DNA of 64,000 bases from Guillardia theta CCMP2712 (lineage: Eukaryota > Protista > Cryptophyta): the NCBI RefSeq assembly GCF_000315625.1, contig NW_005434573.1:62001-126000 (forward strand). Direction: 5' to 3'. This document shows, one piece after another, positions 1 to 12,191 of the stretch. Numbering within the stretch: the stretch's first letter is position 1; each line of letters begins with the position of its first letter. A program made the translations under genes and the position numbers. The notes beneath the pieces are model-generated. The model was not told the origin of the DNA, searched no databases, and saw only the letters and a list, made by a program, of their open reading frames with translations.

Positions 1-13
1 GACCAGCAGGTTC

Positions 14-1014
14 TCAGGTGGAGGAGTATCGTATAGTGTTGTCAACCTCATCGGCAGACGGCCAGATGCGCGCCAGGTCAGGATAGATTCCTCCTACATT
101 GAGCCCAGCGCTGTAGAGCAGAGACAACGACTCGTCATCCTCCGCATGCTGGAGCTTGACGAGCTGGAGTTTGCAAGCAGACGGTTGGAGGCCGCACTCG
201 TTCGACTCGTCGAGGGCAGAGAAGACGGCCAGGAGGATGGAGAGGGTCTTCCCTTCTGGGCTGTACCTCAGGTCCACGACATGGTACCCCTCGTGGTAGT
301 CGACTCTCCTGACCTCCCTTTCGGACTCATCGCTCTCTTCCTCCACGTCCTTGTCATCCTCCTTCACACGGCAGACGTCGACGCAGGATCCGTGCTCTTG
401 CAACTTGGCCCGCGCAAACACCTAGGAGACGATCCTCTCAGCAGGGCCCGAGAGCTGCACCCCCTACCCCACATCCTCTACCTCCCTCCTTCTTCCTTCC
501 CTCTCCCTCCCTCCCTCTCACTACCTCTCTCCCACCCTCACTCTTTCTACCTCACTCCTTCTAACGCATTCCTTTCTCACACCATTCATGTCATGCCCTC
601 TTCATCCTCTCCTCACATTCCTTTCTCCCTCACATGATACGAATGCGATGGCGACAAGCTCCTCTTGATCAGCGACACATTCCCGTCCTGCCGGCACACC
701 ACCACATACTGAGCATCCCCGCACACAGATACAATCTCCCCGCTCCTCAGCTTGGGCCTGAGCTGCACCACATGCTCCAGCTCGATATCGTCTCCTGCCC
801 TCACAGTCAGCCTTCCCACCCATCGCACGAGGACGAGGACGAGGACCCTTGAGCTGGAGGCGGGAGATCCCACTATCCCTCCTCACTAGGAAGAACGATG
901 ACTGAGGCTGCAGCCGGTCGCGCTGGAGGTCGTCGAAGCAGATGCGGAATGCAGTACTCGCATAATCCACTCCTGACCCCAATTGCCTGCAGCAACAGAA
1001 GTTCGAGGTGAACG

Positions 1015-1053
<39 letters not shown>

Positions 1054-1880
1054 AGAGATGAGGTTGGTGGAGTTGAGGTGAGAGATTAGGAGGGGAACGA
1101 GGAAGGGGAACAAGGAGAGGAGCTTTCAAGAACCTGCTGGTCACACGGAGTCCAGAGGAGATCCGAGTCTTGGTGATGGTCTTGAACATGGGTTCCTGCA
1201 GAGAGTGAGGGCACGAGAGGGAGGCAGGAAGGGTCTCGTCACATTGCAGAGCTTGTAGGTCTGGAAGTCTTCGTTCAACTTCGTCCTGTGACCTCCATCA
1301 GTGTGACCTCAGACCGGGTCCGCATGCACCGTTCGATCAGTCTCCGCTTCCCCGCCCTCCCCTCCATGGCCATATCCGACAGTGACGAGCTACACAGGGT
1401 GCAGTGGGCAAGAGCGATGGCAAACCACCCCAGCGAAAGGCAGCGTCTCCTCGCCTGGAGAGGAATCTGAACCAGCGACGTGTGTCATCCTCCAAAACAT
1501 CTGCAGCCGCTCCTTCTTCTTTATCTCCCCCTCCTCTCCTCCCCTGCCTCCCTGCTTCTCTCCTTACCTCCCTCCCTCTCTTCCCTCCCTCTCCTCCCTT
1601 GTTCATTCTCGTCCATCTCCTCCCTCCCTCCCTCCCTCCCTCCCTCCCTCCCTCCCTCCCTCCCCCCACATCCCTCCCTCACTCACTCTCCATACTTCCT
1701 CCAAGACTCTCTTAACCAGCCCTGTCCCTACAGCCTCATCCTCATCCACGTCCCTTCCCCCCCATCTTTCGCCACTCTCTCCCTCCTCCCGCCGCCACCC
1801 TCCCCATTCCATTCTACGCCCCCTGCCCCAGCCCCAATCCGCCCAGAGGGCAACCTCGAATGAAACCCGAAATTCCACGA
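14..1880 (-). CDS. Multi-exon hypothetical protein, possibly (F-box/)WD40 beta-propeller-like; probably runs off the window start
   Basis: Exon-like segments with GT-AG ends lie between C/T-rich introns: DVLEDDTRRWFRFLSRR, MFKTITKTRISSGLRVTSRFLK, GNWGQEWIMRVLH, GEIVSVCGDAQYVVVCRQDGNVSLIK, YHVVDLRYSPEGKTLSILLA. The last two resemble WD-like blades. The 5' end is not resolved. Confidence 0.4.
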
Positions 1881-2187
1881 TGGGGAGGGGGAGGGAAGCG
1901 ACGGAGAATGTAAGCGGAGAATGTAAGCAATGGGGATGGCAAAGGGAGAGCTTGTGCCAGCAGCACTGTGGTAAGAACATTGCAAGCGCTGCTCGCTCAG
2001 CAGGAGACAAAGTGGTTCTTTCCGCGAAGAGAAGACGATGTTGGGGAGGAAATGAGTAGCTTCTATATTACAGGCAAAAAGAATTTTACACTGACTTGAT
2101 GGCAGGAAAGGAGAAGCAATACAAAGCCGGAGAACAAGGAAGAATACAGTGAGCAGGCAGCCATACAGGATCCAACATCAGCGCGAA

Positions 2188-3087
2188 TCATGCGCAAACA
2201 GATCTTGACGATAACGAAGTTGCAAACTTTGCGATGAATTGCTCTTGTGATCTGCTCTCGACCGCTGCCTTGCATCTCTTCTTTCTCACGAGGGCAATGG
2301 CGTCCTTTGCATTGTGCACGACACCTTGCTCAAGGAGCAGGCACGCTCCTAGCGTCCCCGCCCTTCCCACTCCTCCCCTACAGTGAATCACCACGTGCTT
2401 GCCGGCCCGGACGGCATCGGAGAGTCGCCGCAGTAGCTGGCACGCCGAGTTAAAGTCTTCAGGCGCTTTCATCTCGATGATGGGGTACTGAATGAAGTCA
2501 AGCTCGGCCCTCCGACCTGAACAGGAATGCGTCATCGGTTGGGTCGAAAGCTCTCGCTCCCCTGGGGGAGGGCAAGCACTTACAGGCCTCCTCCAGGCTG
2601 CCCTTCACACCGAGGTGGCGCAGCTCACTGATCGACAGCAGACAAACCACCAGGTCGATGTTGAACTTGGATTTCAACTGACAAGAAACGTGTTTCACTT
2701 GATCAAGGCATGGCGAAGGAATACGCAATACCGTCGCGAGATCTTTGTCCAAGTCCCTTCTCCATCGGACGCCATCTCGATCAACATTCTTCCCGGGGCA
2801 GTAGCACAAACCGATGTTTCCGCGGTTGTCTGAAGGCTCAGAGAGAAAGGAAACTGTGATCGGGTGACTTTCGCTGGTCCTAACCTGCCCTACATTGTCC
2901 TTCAGCAAGGAGCTGGATTTCTCTCTCTGCTGTACTGGCATGACAACCTTTGATCGAGAGGCCGAGTGCAACATCTCCCTACCAGTCAGCTTCTCTCCTC
3001 CTCCTCCTTCCCTTCTCGGATCTCCCTCTTGCCCCGTCCCGGTGACAACCGATGCTGTTTGAAGCAAGTGAAGGTGCTGCCCCACAT
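2188..3087 (-). CDS. CDKN3-like / dual-specificity protein-tyrosine phosphatase
   Basis: Spliced protein: RTSESHPITVSFL...IGLCYCPGK...WRRDLDKDLATLKSKFNIDLVVCLLSISELRHLGV...YPIIEM...HCRGGVGRAGTLGACLL...AVESRSQEQFI. The catalytic CX5R motif is intact. Three short GT-AG introns keep frame. Confidence 0.85.
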
Positions 3088-3163
3088 TTGTTAAGAGTTT
3101 GTCTTAATAGTATATCGCTGTCCACGATTTCCTTGATTCTGAGGCGAGCCTGATCCTCCTAGA

Positions 3164-3622
3164 ATGGTCAGTTATCAGTCAACAAAAACTTCCGTTCCAG
3201 TCAACCACCCCCCTCAGACAGACCCCATGGAACAATTGTATACCCCCCTATTTCTACCACCGCTAACATCAAATGTACCTATTTGCCCAGAGTTTGATAT
3301 GAAAATGAGGGGTATGGGTGTAAGCGTACCGTACCCCTCTGCACAATTCATGTTGACCCGTACCCCATACAATGATGCAGCTATTACTACTACCCCTCAG
3401 ATCTCCTGGGACCATCAGGCATCACCCTACCCCCACAACAGGGCCTCGTTTACGTCTCATTCAACTGTGATGGTACACAACCCCACCCCCGGATGAGCAA
3501 GAACATCCTTCATACCTCCCTATGTGTACCCATGCAAACCAAGCAAACTGTACCCGTGTCTTTCCGTACGACCCTAATTTCATATGGATACCCTACCCAC
3601 TCGACTAACATACCCACCCCTA
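3164..3622. other. TACCC-word-rich, C-skewed intergenic tract between divergent genes
   Basis: Dense TACCC/ACCCC words on the + strand (e.g. gtacccctct, gtaccccatac, ctacccctc, ataccctaccc, catacccaccc). No convincing coding signal. Confidence 0.55.
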
Positions 3623-4167
3623 CAATTGCAGTAACTGTTCAGTCCGTCCCCTAGCCATGGCTGCTGCACCAGAGTGAAAAGAACGAGGAAGTTGGAAAGA
3701 TAGTACAAGAAAGCGTTTGATTTGCATCAAGGATGCAAGATGCTTACAATGTTTATGGTAGCAAGACGGAGGCTGATATTTATGCTGACTTGTCTTTGTT
3801 TGACTTGATTTGGTAGCAACCCGACAAGTTCTGTCCCTGCCACGAGACACAAAAATCTTTTGAGATCGTTTTTGGGCGATGCAATGCTAGATAGGAAAAT
3901 CTTCCAAACCGTGTTTAGTGTAAAGTAGAGTGCCTGCTCAGCTGCGGTAAGCTTTCAGTGCCCTCAGTTCTACAGAGCATACTTTCCTCCCTACAGTTTC
4001 GCTCTGAGATAATTATTCCTGTAAGCAGATCTTCTCATCATGATTCGCAACCGCTGCTAACATTCAACACACTACCGCATCAGAATCTCCTGATTTGAAC
4101 TCTGGATTATCGTGCTAACTGAAGGGATCGGCTCAGGGGGGCTTCCGAGGAACCTCCCCTTGTAAGA

Positions 4168-6088
4168 ATGCTCCGCTCCAGACTTTCTCCTAGCTCTTTC
4201 ATTCTGGTCTCGACATTGTTCATCGGAAGTTCGTACGACACTGTGCAAGGCCATGCAGACTCGTGTTACCCCAGCACGGCTCACAGAGATCAGACATTGC
4301 TTGCTTTTTCGCTGTGCCATGGAGGACTCTACGTTGGTATCGCCGATCTGAGCAAAAAGCTTCCGCCGCTCTCGCGCAGTCGGCCTGCTACAGCCCTGCA
4401 TGTACAAGCTGGGATGAAAGACTGGATCAAGAAAGTGGTGTTCGGCGACGAGACCAAGAGCAGGTGGAAGAGAGCTGTGACTCAGGTACAGGAAGGTAGT
4501 GGGATGATTGCCAGGCACCTGACTCAGGCACAGTATCAGGTGGTTGGGACAGGAGCAACGGAGGAGGAGAAACTTGAAGCAGCAAGGATTCGGAGACGAG
4601 CCTTTGTCGTACAAGATCCCAAGTATCGTGAGATTATCAAGAACGAAGCCAGCTTCTCCGCTGAAAGTGTTTCATTGTCGCAAGAGAGTGATTTGGTATG
4701 GACTGACTAATGTCTCAAAAATCTGCCGCACAATTGATATCAGAAGCAGGACAATACTGCAAAGACAAGAGAACTGAGTGATCTCAGCTTGGCACACAAT
4801 CAAGTCAAAGAGGAAGTCAAGGCTGAGGTCTTGGAAAGTGAGGCAGAAGCAGAAGCTCGCCGGCAGCGCAGCCTCGAGCTCCAGCAAGACGCGGCTCGTA
4901 CACTCGGTTTGAGACTATGCACGCGTGCTAAAAGTGCATTGATTCAGAATATTGATGCAGGCGGTCGATCCAAGTACTTCACAAAGGCGCCTCCTGCTTC
5001 CCGTCCTCTTAGTCAGCGCAGCATCCCTCGCCCAGCAAGCAGTGGCCAAGACGGTGAGCTGAGAAAAAGATCTCATCCGAGTGATGTGATTTTGATCAGT
5101 TGCTGCAGCCTGGCGACCCAAATCTTCTGTCCTGCCAACTTCATCCAACGGTAATGCAGTGCCTCAGGATCAAGTTGCTCAATTGACGTGTGTCCTGCAG
5201 TTGCGAACAGGCCCAGCCCTGCCCCTGAGCCTGTTGAGGAGATTGGTACGCAAACCATGACAACGTCTTTGATCTTGCTCATGCATTTGCTGATAGAGGA
5301 GCCCGTGGCTCCAAGAAACGTGGTGAGCTATAAAGACCTTTGGCAAGAGGCAGCCACCAAGAAGCTCGCAAACATTCTATCACAAAAGCAAGTCACTGTC
5401 GAAAAACAGCGACCGCCTTCTCCAACCCCAGAGCGAACGTGATTGCCCTCATCACTTGAAACATGCTTTGTTTGACTATGTTGAGCAGATATGAGTCCAG
5501 TTATACGAGCACGTCGGCTGACAACAGCGATCAGTACAGCTACCTTCCTGTTCTCGGTGCGCTCGACGTAGACAAGGTTGAACTCAGTCTGACGCGTTGT
5601 GCAGGAGATGAGTTCAAACCAGACCTTGAGTGCAGCACGTGGAAGGTGATTGCAGCCAAAGGAGTTGTCGTTCACTCGGGGTGGGTCACTTCATCTCGAT
5701 CATTCCCTTCCCTTGTTTGAGGTTGTATTGACGGCTGACGTCAGCCCTGGCGAGGAGTTCGAACCGATTGGTCGGCTCAAAGGGATGCAGTTGGTGGATG
5801 TTGACGGACAAGAGGGTCCCTGGCTACGACTGAGCGAAGATGGGTAGGGAGAGTAACTGTTTGTCGCTATGCTGCTAACAGTCAGAAAGACCTGGGGCAG
5901 GAGGATGGGTGAGGTCTGCCAACAATGGTAGGAAAGGAGGACCGAAAGGAGTCTTCCTTGTGAAGCAGGTAGGAGATCCTTGTTTGACACTGTGTGATCG
6001 GAGTAGTTGGACTAACTTGAGGTTGAAGGGGAAAAAGCTTGGATTCGATAGCAAGCATATGGCAAGGTGGTCAGGGGAGAGCAAGTGA
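4168..6088 (+). CDS. Putative plastid-targeted protein with a C-terminal SH3-like domain (multi-exon)
   Basis: Hydrophobic N-terminus, then ...LLAFS...RPATALHVQAGMKDWIKKVVFG (bipartite-presequence-like). Charged middle. End exons WKVIAAKGVVVHSG, IGRLKGMQLVDVDGQEGPWLRLSEDG and PGAGGWVR follow a bacterial-type SH3 pattern. Short GT-AG introns. Confidence 0.55.
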
Positions 6089-6199
6089 TTCCCTTTCAGT
6101 CTTTACCTCGCTGCTTGTCAACATACTACCTTAGTATGCCCCCCGGCTACTGGAATGCTGGAATCAGCCCAATGAATCCGCGTCAGCCTGTCACACTGC

Positions 6200-7270
6200 C
6201 GCTGCGCAGACTCCCAGCGGCTCCTCACTGAGTTCGGATTCAATTTACTAAGTTACGAGTCCGAGTCATCACTGTAAATCCGAATATGAATCAACTTGAT
6301 GATCATGCGCGGCCGCCAGGCTTCACGTCACGGTGTTCCGGCCCGACTAAGTCACGGAGTGTACTATCAGTACCTGAGTACCGTACCTCAGGCGACTGAT
6401 CAATGTGTAGGCGGTAAGCCAGGCCGCGCCATGTCCGAAAATTTGCAACAGCCTGCGGCGACAGACTCTGAGCAGGCGTGAACTGACTCTGACCGTGGCA
6501 ATCGGACGGTCCGATCACCGGCGGTGCGGCGGCACAGCCAAAACCGGCCGCCGGGCGGCGCGGGGCCGACTTACTAGCGGCCTATGGCCGCCCGTACGCT
6601 GAGTGGCGTGGCCCGGCGGGCCCGGCGCTCACTGTCGGACTCCGGTCCGACGTGTCGGACGGGGCCGGCCTGGCGTCGGGACAGGCGGGGGCTCCGAGCC
6701 AGTGGCGACTCGGTGAGAGGCGGCTCCGGTGCCGCTGTGACATCCGTGACTAACTAAATAGCCGCATCCGTGACGGTTCACAGATGCAACTCCGAACTCG
6801 AACTGAGCGGGCCTACTGGTTGCCAGCCGGCACGCATAGACTGAGACGGTGTGCGGCACTGACTCTCAACTTGGCAACGGACTCGAGGGTCCCCCGGGGG
6901 GGCCGCCCGTCTGAAAAAATGCGGGCCGCCCACTGGCCCGGGGCCAGGCAGCGGTGCGCCGGGCCCCGGGACTTGGGCCGAGACTAAGCCTGGCCGGGCT
7001 CGGCCTCTCCCGGACCGTACGGCGGGCGACGGCCGGGGCCGGCGAGCCCAGGCCGGGCCCGGCGGCCCCCGCGGCGGGCCGGCCCTGGCTCTCAGTGGCT
7101 GACGGTGCCGGCGCGGCGGGCCCAGTGGCCCCCCGCATTGAAGGCCGGGCCCCGGCGGTACGGTCTCCAGCTCCAGGGTACTGGCAGCGCCGTGCCATCA
7201 TAATTCCGAACAACGATCGCCGGATTTAGCCCGACGACTCTTAACGGTGGCGCTTGGGCCACCCGGGCCA
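6200..7270. other. Very GC-rich, CCGG-rich non-coding island between convergent genes
   Basis: GC/CpG content is visibly far above the flanks. Only low-complexity P/G/R/A ORFs. Recurring words CCGATCA, GTCAC, ACTCAG. Confidence 0.55.
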
Positions 7271-8047
7271 CTTTTCGAGCGATTCAAACAGCCGAAATTT
7301 ATGTTTCAGATTTCAAAATTATCTGGAACTATTGAAGTGGAGCTGAGCTGTATTTCGGAAACCAGACGGACCTAAGCAAAACAGCGGTGGATTCGGAATC
7401 TTATCAAGAGCAGCGACATGTTTGAGGTGAGACGAGAGAAGAAGAAGGCTCGAGAAGATGTTGATGCGATGGCGATGCTGAAACTGAAGACAAGTACATG
7501 ATGATGACCATCATGAACCTCACTGTGACTGAGTCATCGGATGAGGAGGGTCGGAGGATGGTAGTGGTTGTGGTGGTGGTGGTAGTGGTGGTGGTGATAA
7601 TGAGAGGAAGGCTGCAAACAGCAAATGAGAGGTGAGTAGCGAGGGTGAAGGGACTGATACAAAGATGCTGTTGATGGTTTATGACAATTGAAATGAAGTG
7701 GAGGAATGTATGTGAACTGATATTTTTGTAAAGAGCATGGGTTTAGTTTGAGATATAATCTATTCATGGAGGTGGGAATAGTGGCAATTATTGTACCGAA
7801 AATCTACATTTTGACATGGTCGCTGATGGTGTGAGCGTCAAGACTACGATGTGAGATGGTGATAGCGAAGAGAGGAGGTAAAATCCTCTGTCTTGACCTG
7901 ATAGCCTGTAAAAGTCCAAAAGTTTATGAGTTTAGACTCCGAGGTTTGATCGTGTGTTCTGCTAGTCCACGGGAGAACATCTTGGTTGGTAGACAGCAAG
8001 GAGCAGAATGGAAGAGATGGACAACAAACGGACAATAGGAGAAGAGG

Positions 8048-11000
8048 TTAGGGTTGAGAGTTGCGGAGGGCACATGCTCCGACACGAGTCGACTTGCAGC
8101 TTGCTGATCGCACTCTTGGCAGCTTCTTGGAGTTTTTGGCAGGAAGGTACCTGCAGTGGACATCAAGCCTGTGATGCAGGCTGAGGTCCCCAGCTACAAG
8201 GCAGCTGAGATCTCAGCTTGCTCCGCCGCAGACTGCACGTCCTCGCCCATGCTCAAGGAGAGCCTTTCCCAGTACTGAGGGAGGAGGATGTAAGATGGAG
8301 AGTAAACCACTGATAAAGTCTTAAAACATTCTTTTGAGTTCACACAACAGACCCCAGTGAGAAGAGAAAGAATACGAGCAGGTGAAATGCTATCTACACC
8401 CAACCAACATCATTGTAGCCGACTTAGGAGTTTGACCTGTGTAAACAGTGAGTGCAAGGGCGACATGCTGTGATGATAATACCTTGTCTTCGAGCAACAT
8501 CACACACGCCTCCATGTCTTTGATCATCTACAACCTTTGGTGAGAAATGACAGAAACATCATCAAGACTGAACCTGTATTGCCATGCCGCTTTTGATCTG
8601 CTCTGACCCTCGGATCTTGTTCTTCTCCTCTGTCACTTTGGCTTGCAGGGCTTTCAGCCGCGCCTGGTCACCTCAAGTCAGCCTTCCTTGCAAGCTCTGC
8701 CGCCAGGAGACTTACCTGCAGGAAGACAGGGTCTGATACTAGAGAGATGTCTTTCACAAACGTTGACAACTGGCGAGTTCGCATCAGACACCCTCGTCAA
8801 CATGATGCTTGTTGTGAGACCTGAAGTCGAGCCGCATGCTCCAGCTCAAAATTTCTGCTGACTCGTTGGCTCTCTTGCTTTCTCTCCTCCTTCTCTCGGA
8901 GCAGCAGACCCTGCCGCAAGTCAGTCGAGGACGGGAAGAGAGTCTGTCGCTACCTTAGTCTCGATCAGGTCAGCGACGGCTAGGAGCGCTTCAAGCGAGA
9001 CCGCTAGAGGGGTCTGTTCTTCTGTCTTGCCTACGATGCTTTTCGTTTCAATCTGCAGATAAACATCATGTCAAACGATCAGACAGATGGAGGAGATTTG
9101 TTGACTTCGACCTTGGTCTCTCACACTCAGAAACCCTGCCTGCCTGCCTTCCTTCTTCCTCTCTTTCTGCTTGTGTCTCGCCTGTACTTCTGCCTCTGTC
9201 TCTGTCTCTCTCCGTCCCTTGCTCCGTCCCTTGCCCTCTCCTCTCCTCCTTCTTTCTCCTGCTTCACCTGCAGTCGGAGCTCCTTCGACACGTTCATCAA
9301 AGCAGGTGGATTAGACTCGCTGCTCGCCGTCATCATAACTCTGTGAAGGGCCTTCCACTCTTCATCGGATTGGTGATCTAACAACGTAAGGACGATGCGC
9401 TGTAACACAAGAGACTTACGGGGTTGTACCGAGCCTTGACGATTCAGCTCTTTCTGAGATTTGTTCTGCTGCCACAAGTTAGGAAGCAGGCAGCAATGGC
9501 GGCTGAGATGACCTGTATTCTCTTGAGGCCTTCTAAGAGCATATCACGAGTTTCAGCAATGATGTTGGAGTGTTTGACGCGCTCGGAAGTTTGTTTGTCT
9601 CGTTCGTTGCCTTGTTCTTCATGGAGGATCTCACTTGCGTCCAATACAAAAGTTTGGAGGTGAAGCAACTCATCGTTCATCTTCGATCCGAGTCACATTA
9701 ATCGCCATCATAACCGAGCTCACCTTGCTTGCTTGGTTTGTGTTGCAAGCTTGTAAAGATGTGAACACTTTATTCAGAACCTTCCGGCAGTCAATCTCCC
9801 ACTTCAAGAGACAGAATGAGTCTCTTACCTTCTTTCTTGCCCAGACTTCTCGTTTCATCTCCTCCACAAGAAACTCGTTCTTTCACATCACTTCAGAGAC
9901 TCTTTTTTCGATGATATCGCAAGGTCTGCGCACCTGCATTGATACACTTCCAGAGAAATCTTTCTCTCCTTGATTGTCCAGATGATTGCAGTTCACAAAG
10001 TTGATGTCATTCTCTGATCTCATCCCCAACACCAGCGCCTTCAGCTAACCATGCACGTGGTCACAGACGTCAGCAGCACCGACTTCTGCTCCACCTGCGC
10101 ATGAAGCTTGGTCTCCCGCCTCCGGACTTCAGTCAGCTCCTAGAAACCTCCTCGTCAGGAGAGGAGAAGGTCAAACAATCATCATCACTCTCTCTACGAC
10201 TTGAAGTTTCTCCTGAAGAGCAGCGTTCTGTCCACCATCAGCGTCATCGGACGACTCATCTTCACATCACCTCGGCGCTGATGCTCTTGGGCATCTCACG
10301 CGACAGCTTCAAGCTCTTGATCTGAGCACGTCGGTCATCGCGCTTCTTCCCTGCTCGCCTCTCACCTTAGCCGCGAGGTCCAGCTTCATCTGAATGGCCA
10401 CACAGCAGGCGTCGTGATGCTCTGCCGCTGCCTCAGCCCCTGGTCTCAACCAAATTATGACGTCACCTAACAGTTGCCCTCGCTCTTCGCCCGCCATGCG
10501 AGCACGGATGTCCTGCGAGGATGATGAGAGAAGGAGGAGGGGGGGAGCGGAGAAGCAAGTGTGAGATCGAGTGAGAGGAGGAGAAGGAAGAAGGAAGAAG
10601 AGGATACCTCGAGTTCTCGTTTCAGAGTCGGGATGTCGTTCTGCGTGTCGGTCAGGGTGTTGGTGTGTTCATGTCAAACTCACTTGGATCGAGAGGTCGT
10701 GAATGAGGAGACTGAGCTCGTTGCGCAGTCTTCGCTCTTCGTGTAGTTCTCTCTCAACAATGCGAGCTGAAAAGAGAAAACTCAAAAGGAGGGAAATATG
10801 GTTTGAAATCGAAGGTAGGAGGTGAAATATGTGAGAGATTCAAGCAACACATTGTGACATGAGCTCAAGCAAAGTGCTGAGACAAAGACAACAAGAGATG
10901 TAGTCGAAGTCAGCAAGTTGTCTGTGATGTGGAGATGTAACAGCTTGTCAGACATTTGGGTCACCTGTCATCGTCGCCTCGCTCGCCAGCTTCTCCGCAT

Positions 11001-12095
11001 TCCATCTCTGAGTTCGGTCGCATCAAAAATAAGACGAAGCGAGCAGAACAAGTGAAGTAGAAGAAAGGATGAATGGAATAGAATCAAATCAGACAGAGGA
11101 CCAGAACGGAAGAAGACAGGCAGGCAGAAGGGAAGAGGAAGGAGGAAGGGGGAGGAAGGGACAGAAGACCCTGACCTTGGTTCTCTCTTCGTCGAGCCTC
11201 CTCGTCAGGTACGTCCAATCATCCTGCCACCCTGATGGGAGAAACTCTCAGCGACAGTGACAAGACAGGAAACGAGCAATCACGATCAGCAAGCACAAAC
11301 ACCTTCCACAAACACCGAACCACATATGCACACGTCATCAGCAGAGGCAAACGCTACCTGCTTCCATCATCTTCTCCAGTATCTTCATCCCATGGGAGCT
11401 CCCGGCGCTGAGAGGAGAAGGCTCATGCTGTCTTTGCTCCTCGTTGCTCGTCACGCTCACCCTGAGATGGTTCGGTCTGACGTACATGACAAGCGTCAAG
11501 GAGCAGGTGAAGGAGAATGGAGCACAACCTCCTGCTGTTGCTGTTGAAGTCTCCTTGCCCTCCCTGCTCCTCTTCCTCCTGCTCCTGATTCTCTTGAAAG
11601 CCCGACTCCGAGGAGAAGGAGGGCTTCCTGTCCTGCTGCTCCTCCTGTCCCAAGGCCTCGAACTTCTCTCGCTCTCTCTCTTTCTGTCTCTGTCTGTCTC
11701 GCTCTCTCTCTGCCTCCTTCTGCCGCATGTCGACCAGGTCCCTTGCGTAGACCTTCCGTCGTGCTGACGCCTGTACAGCATCACACAGCAGGAAGAGTAA
11801 GAAGTCGAAGAGACCTTGAGGAATCGAGATACAACTACACAGAGCGCTCTTCTCCTCTCCTGCCTTTCATTCCACAGCTGTCTGAACACGCTGCATTGAG
11901 ATCAAATTCTAATAATGCTCAGGGTGAAATTTGTACCATCTACAAGTCTTCTGCCTCCAGGCATTTTGCAACCTGATGACAAAGGCTCGTACAAGCTCTG
12001 AACGCTTGACCTGGAAATGAAGTTCAACCTTGACAAAAGGAGTGATGGAGATGACGATGACGATGAAGATGACGAACAAAAAGAAGAAAATGAAA

Positions 12096-12191
<96 letters not shown>

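Noticed and set aside
3164-3496. 110-aa Pro/Thr-rich ORF
   Set aside because: Explained by the C-rich TACCC tract; no domain or splice support.
6629-7229. Overlapping P/G/R/A-rich ORFs on both strands
   Set aside because: Stop-codon scarcity in a very GC-rich island.
7418-7502. Short ATG ORF (MFEVRREKKKAREDVDAMAMLKLKTST)
   Set aside because: Too short, and no supporting exons could be linked.
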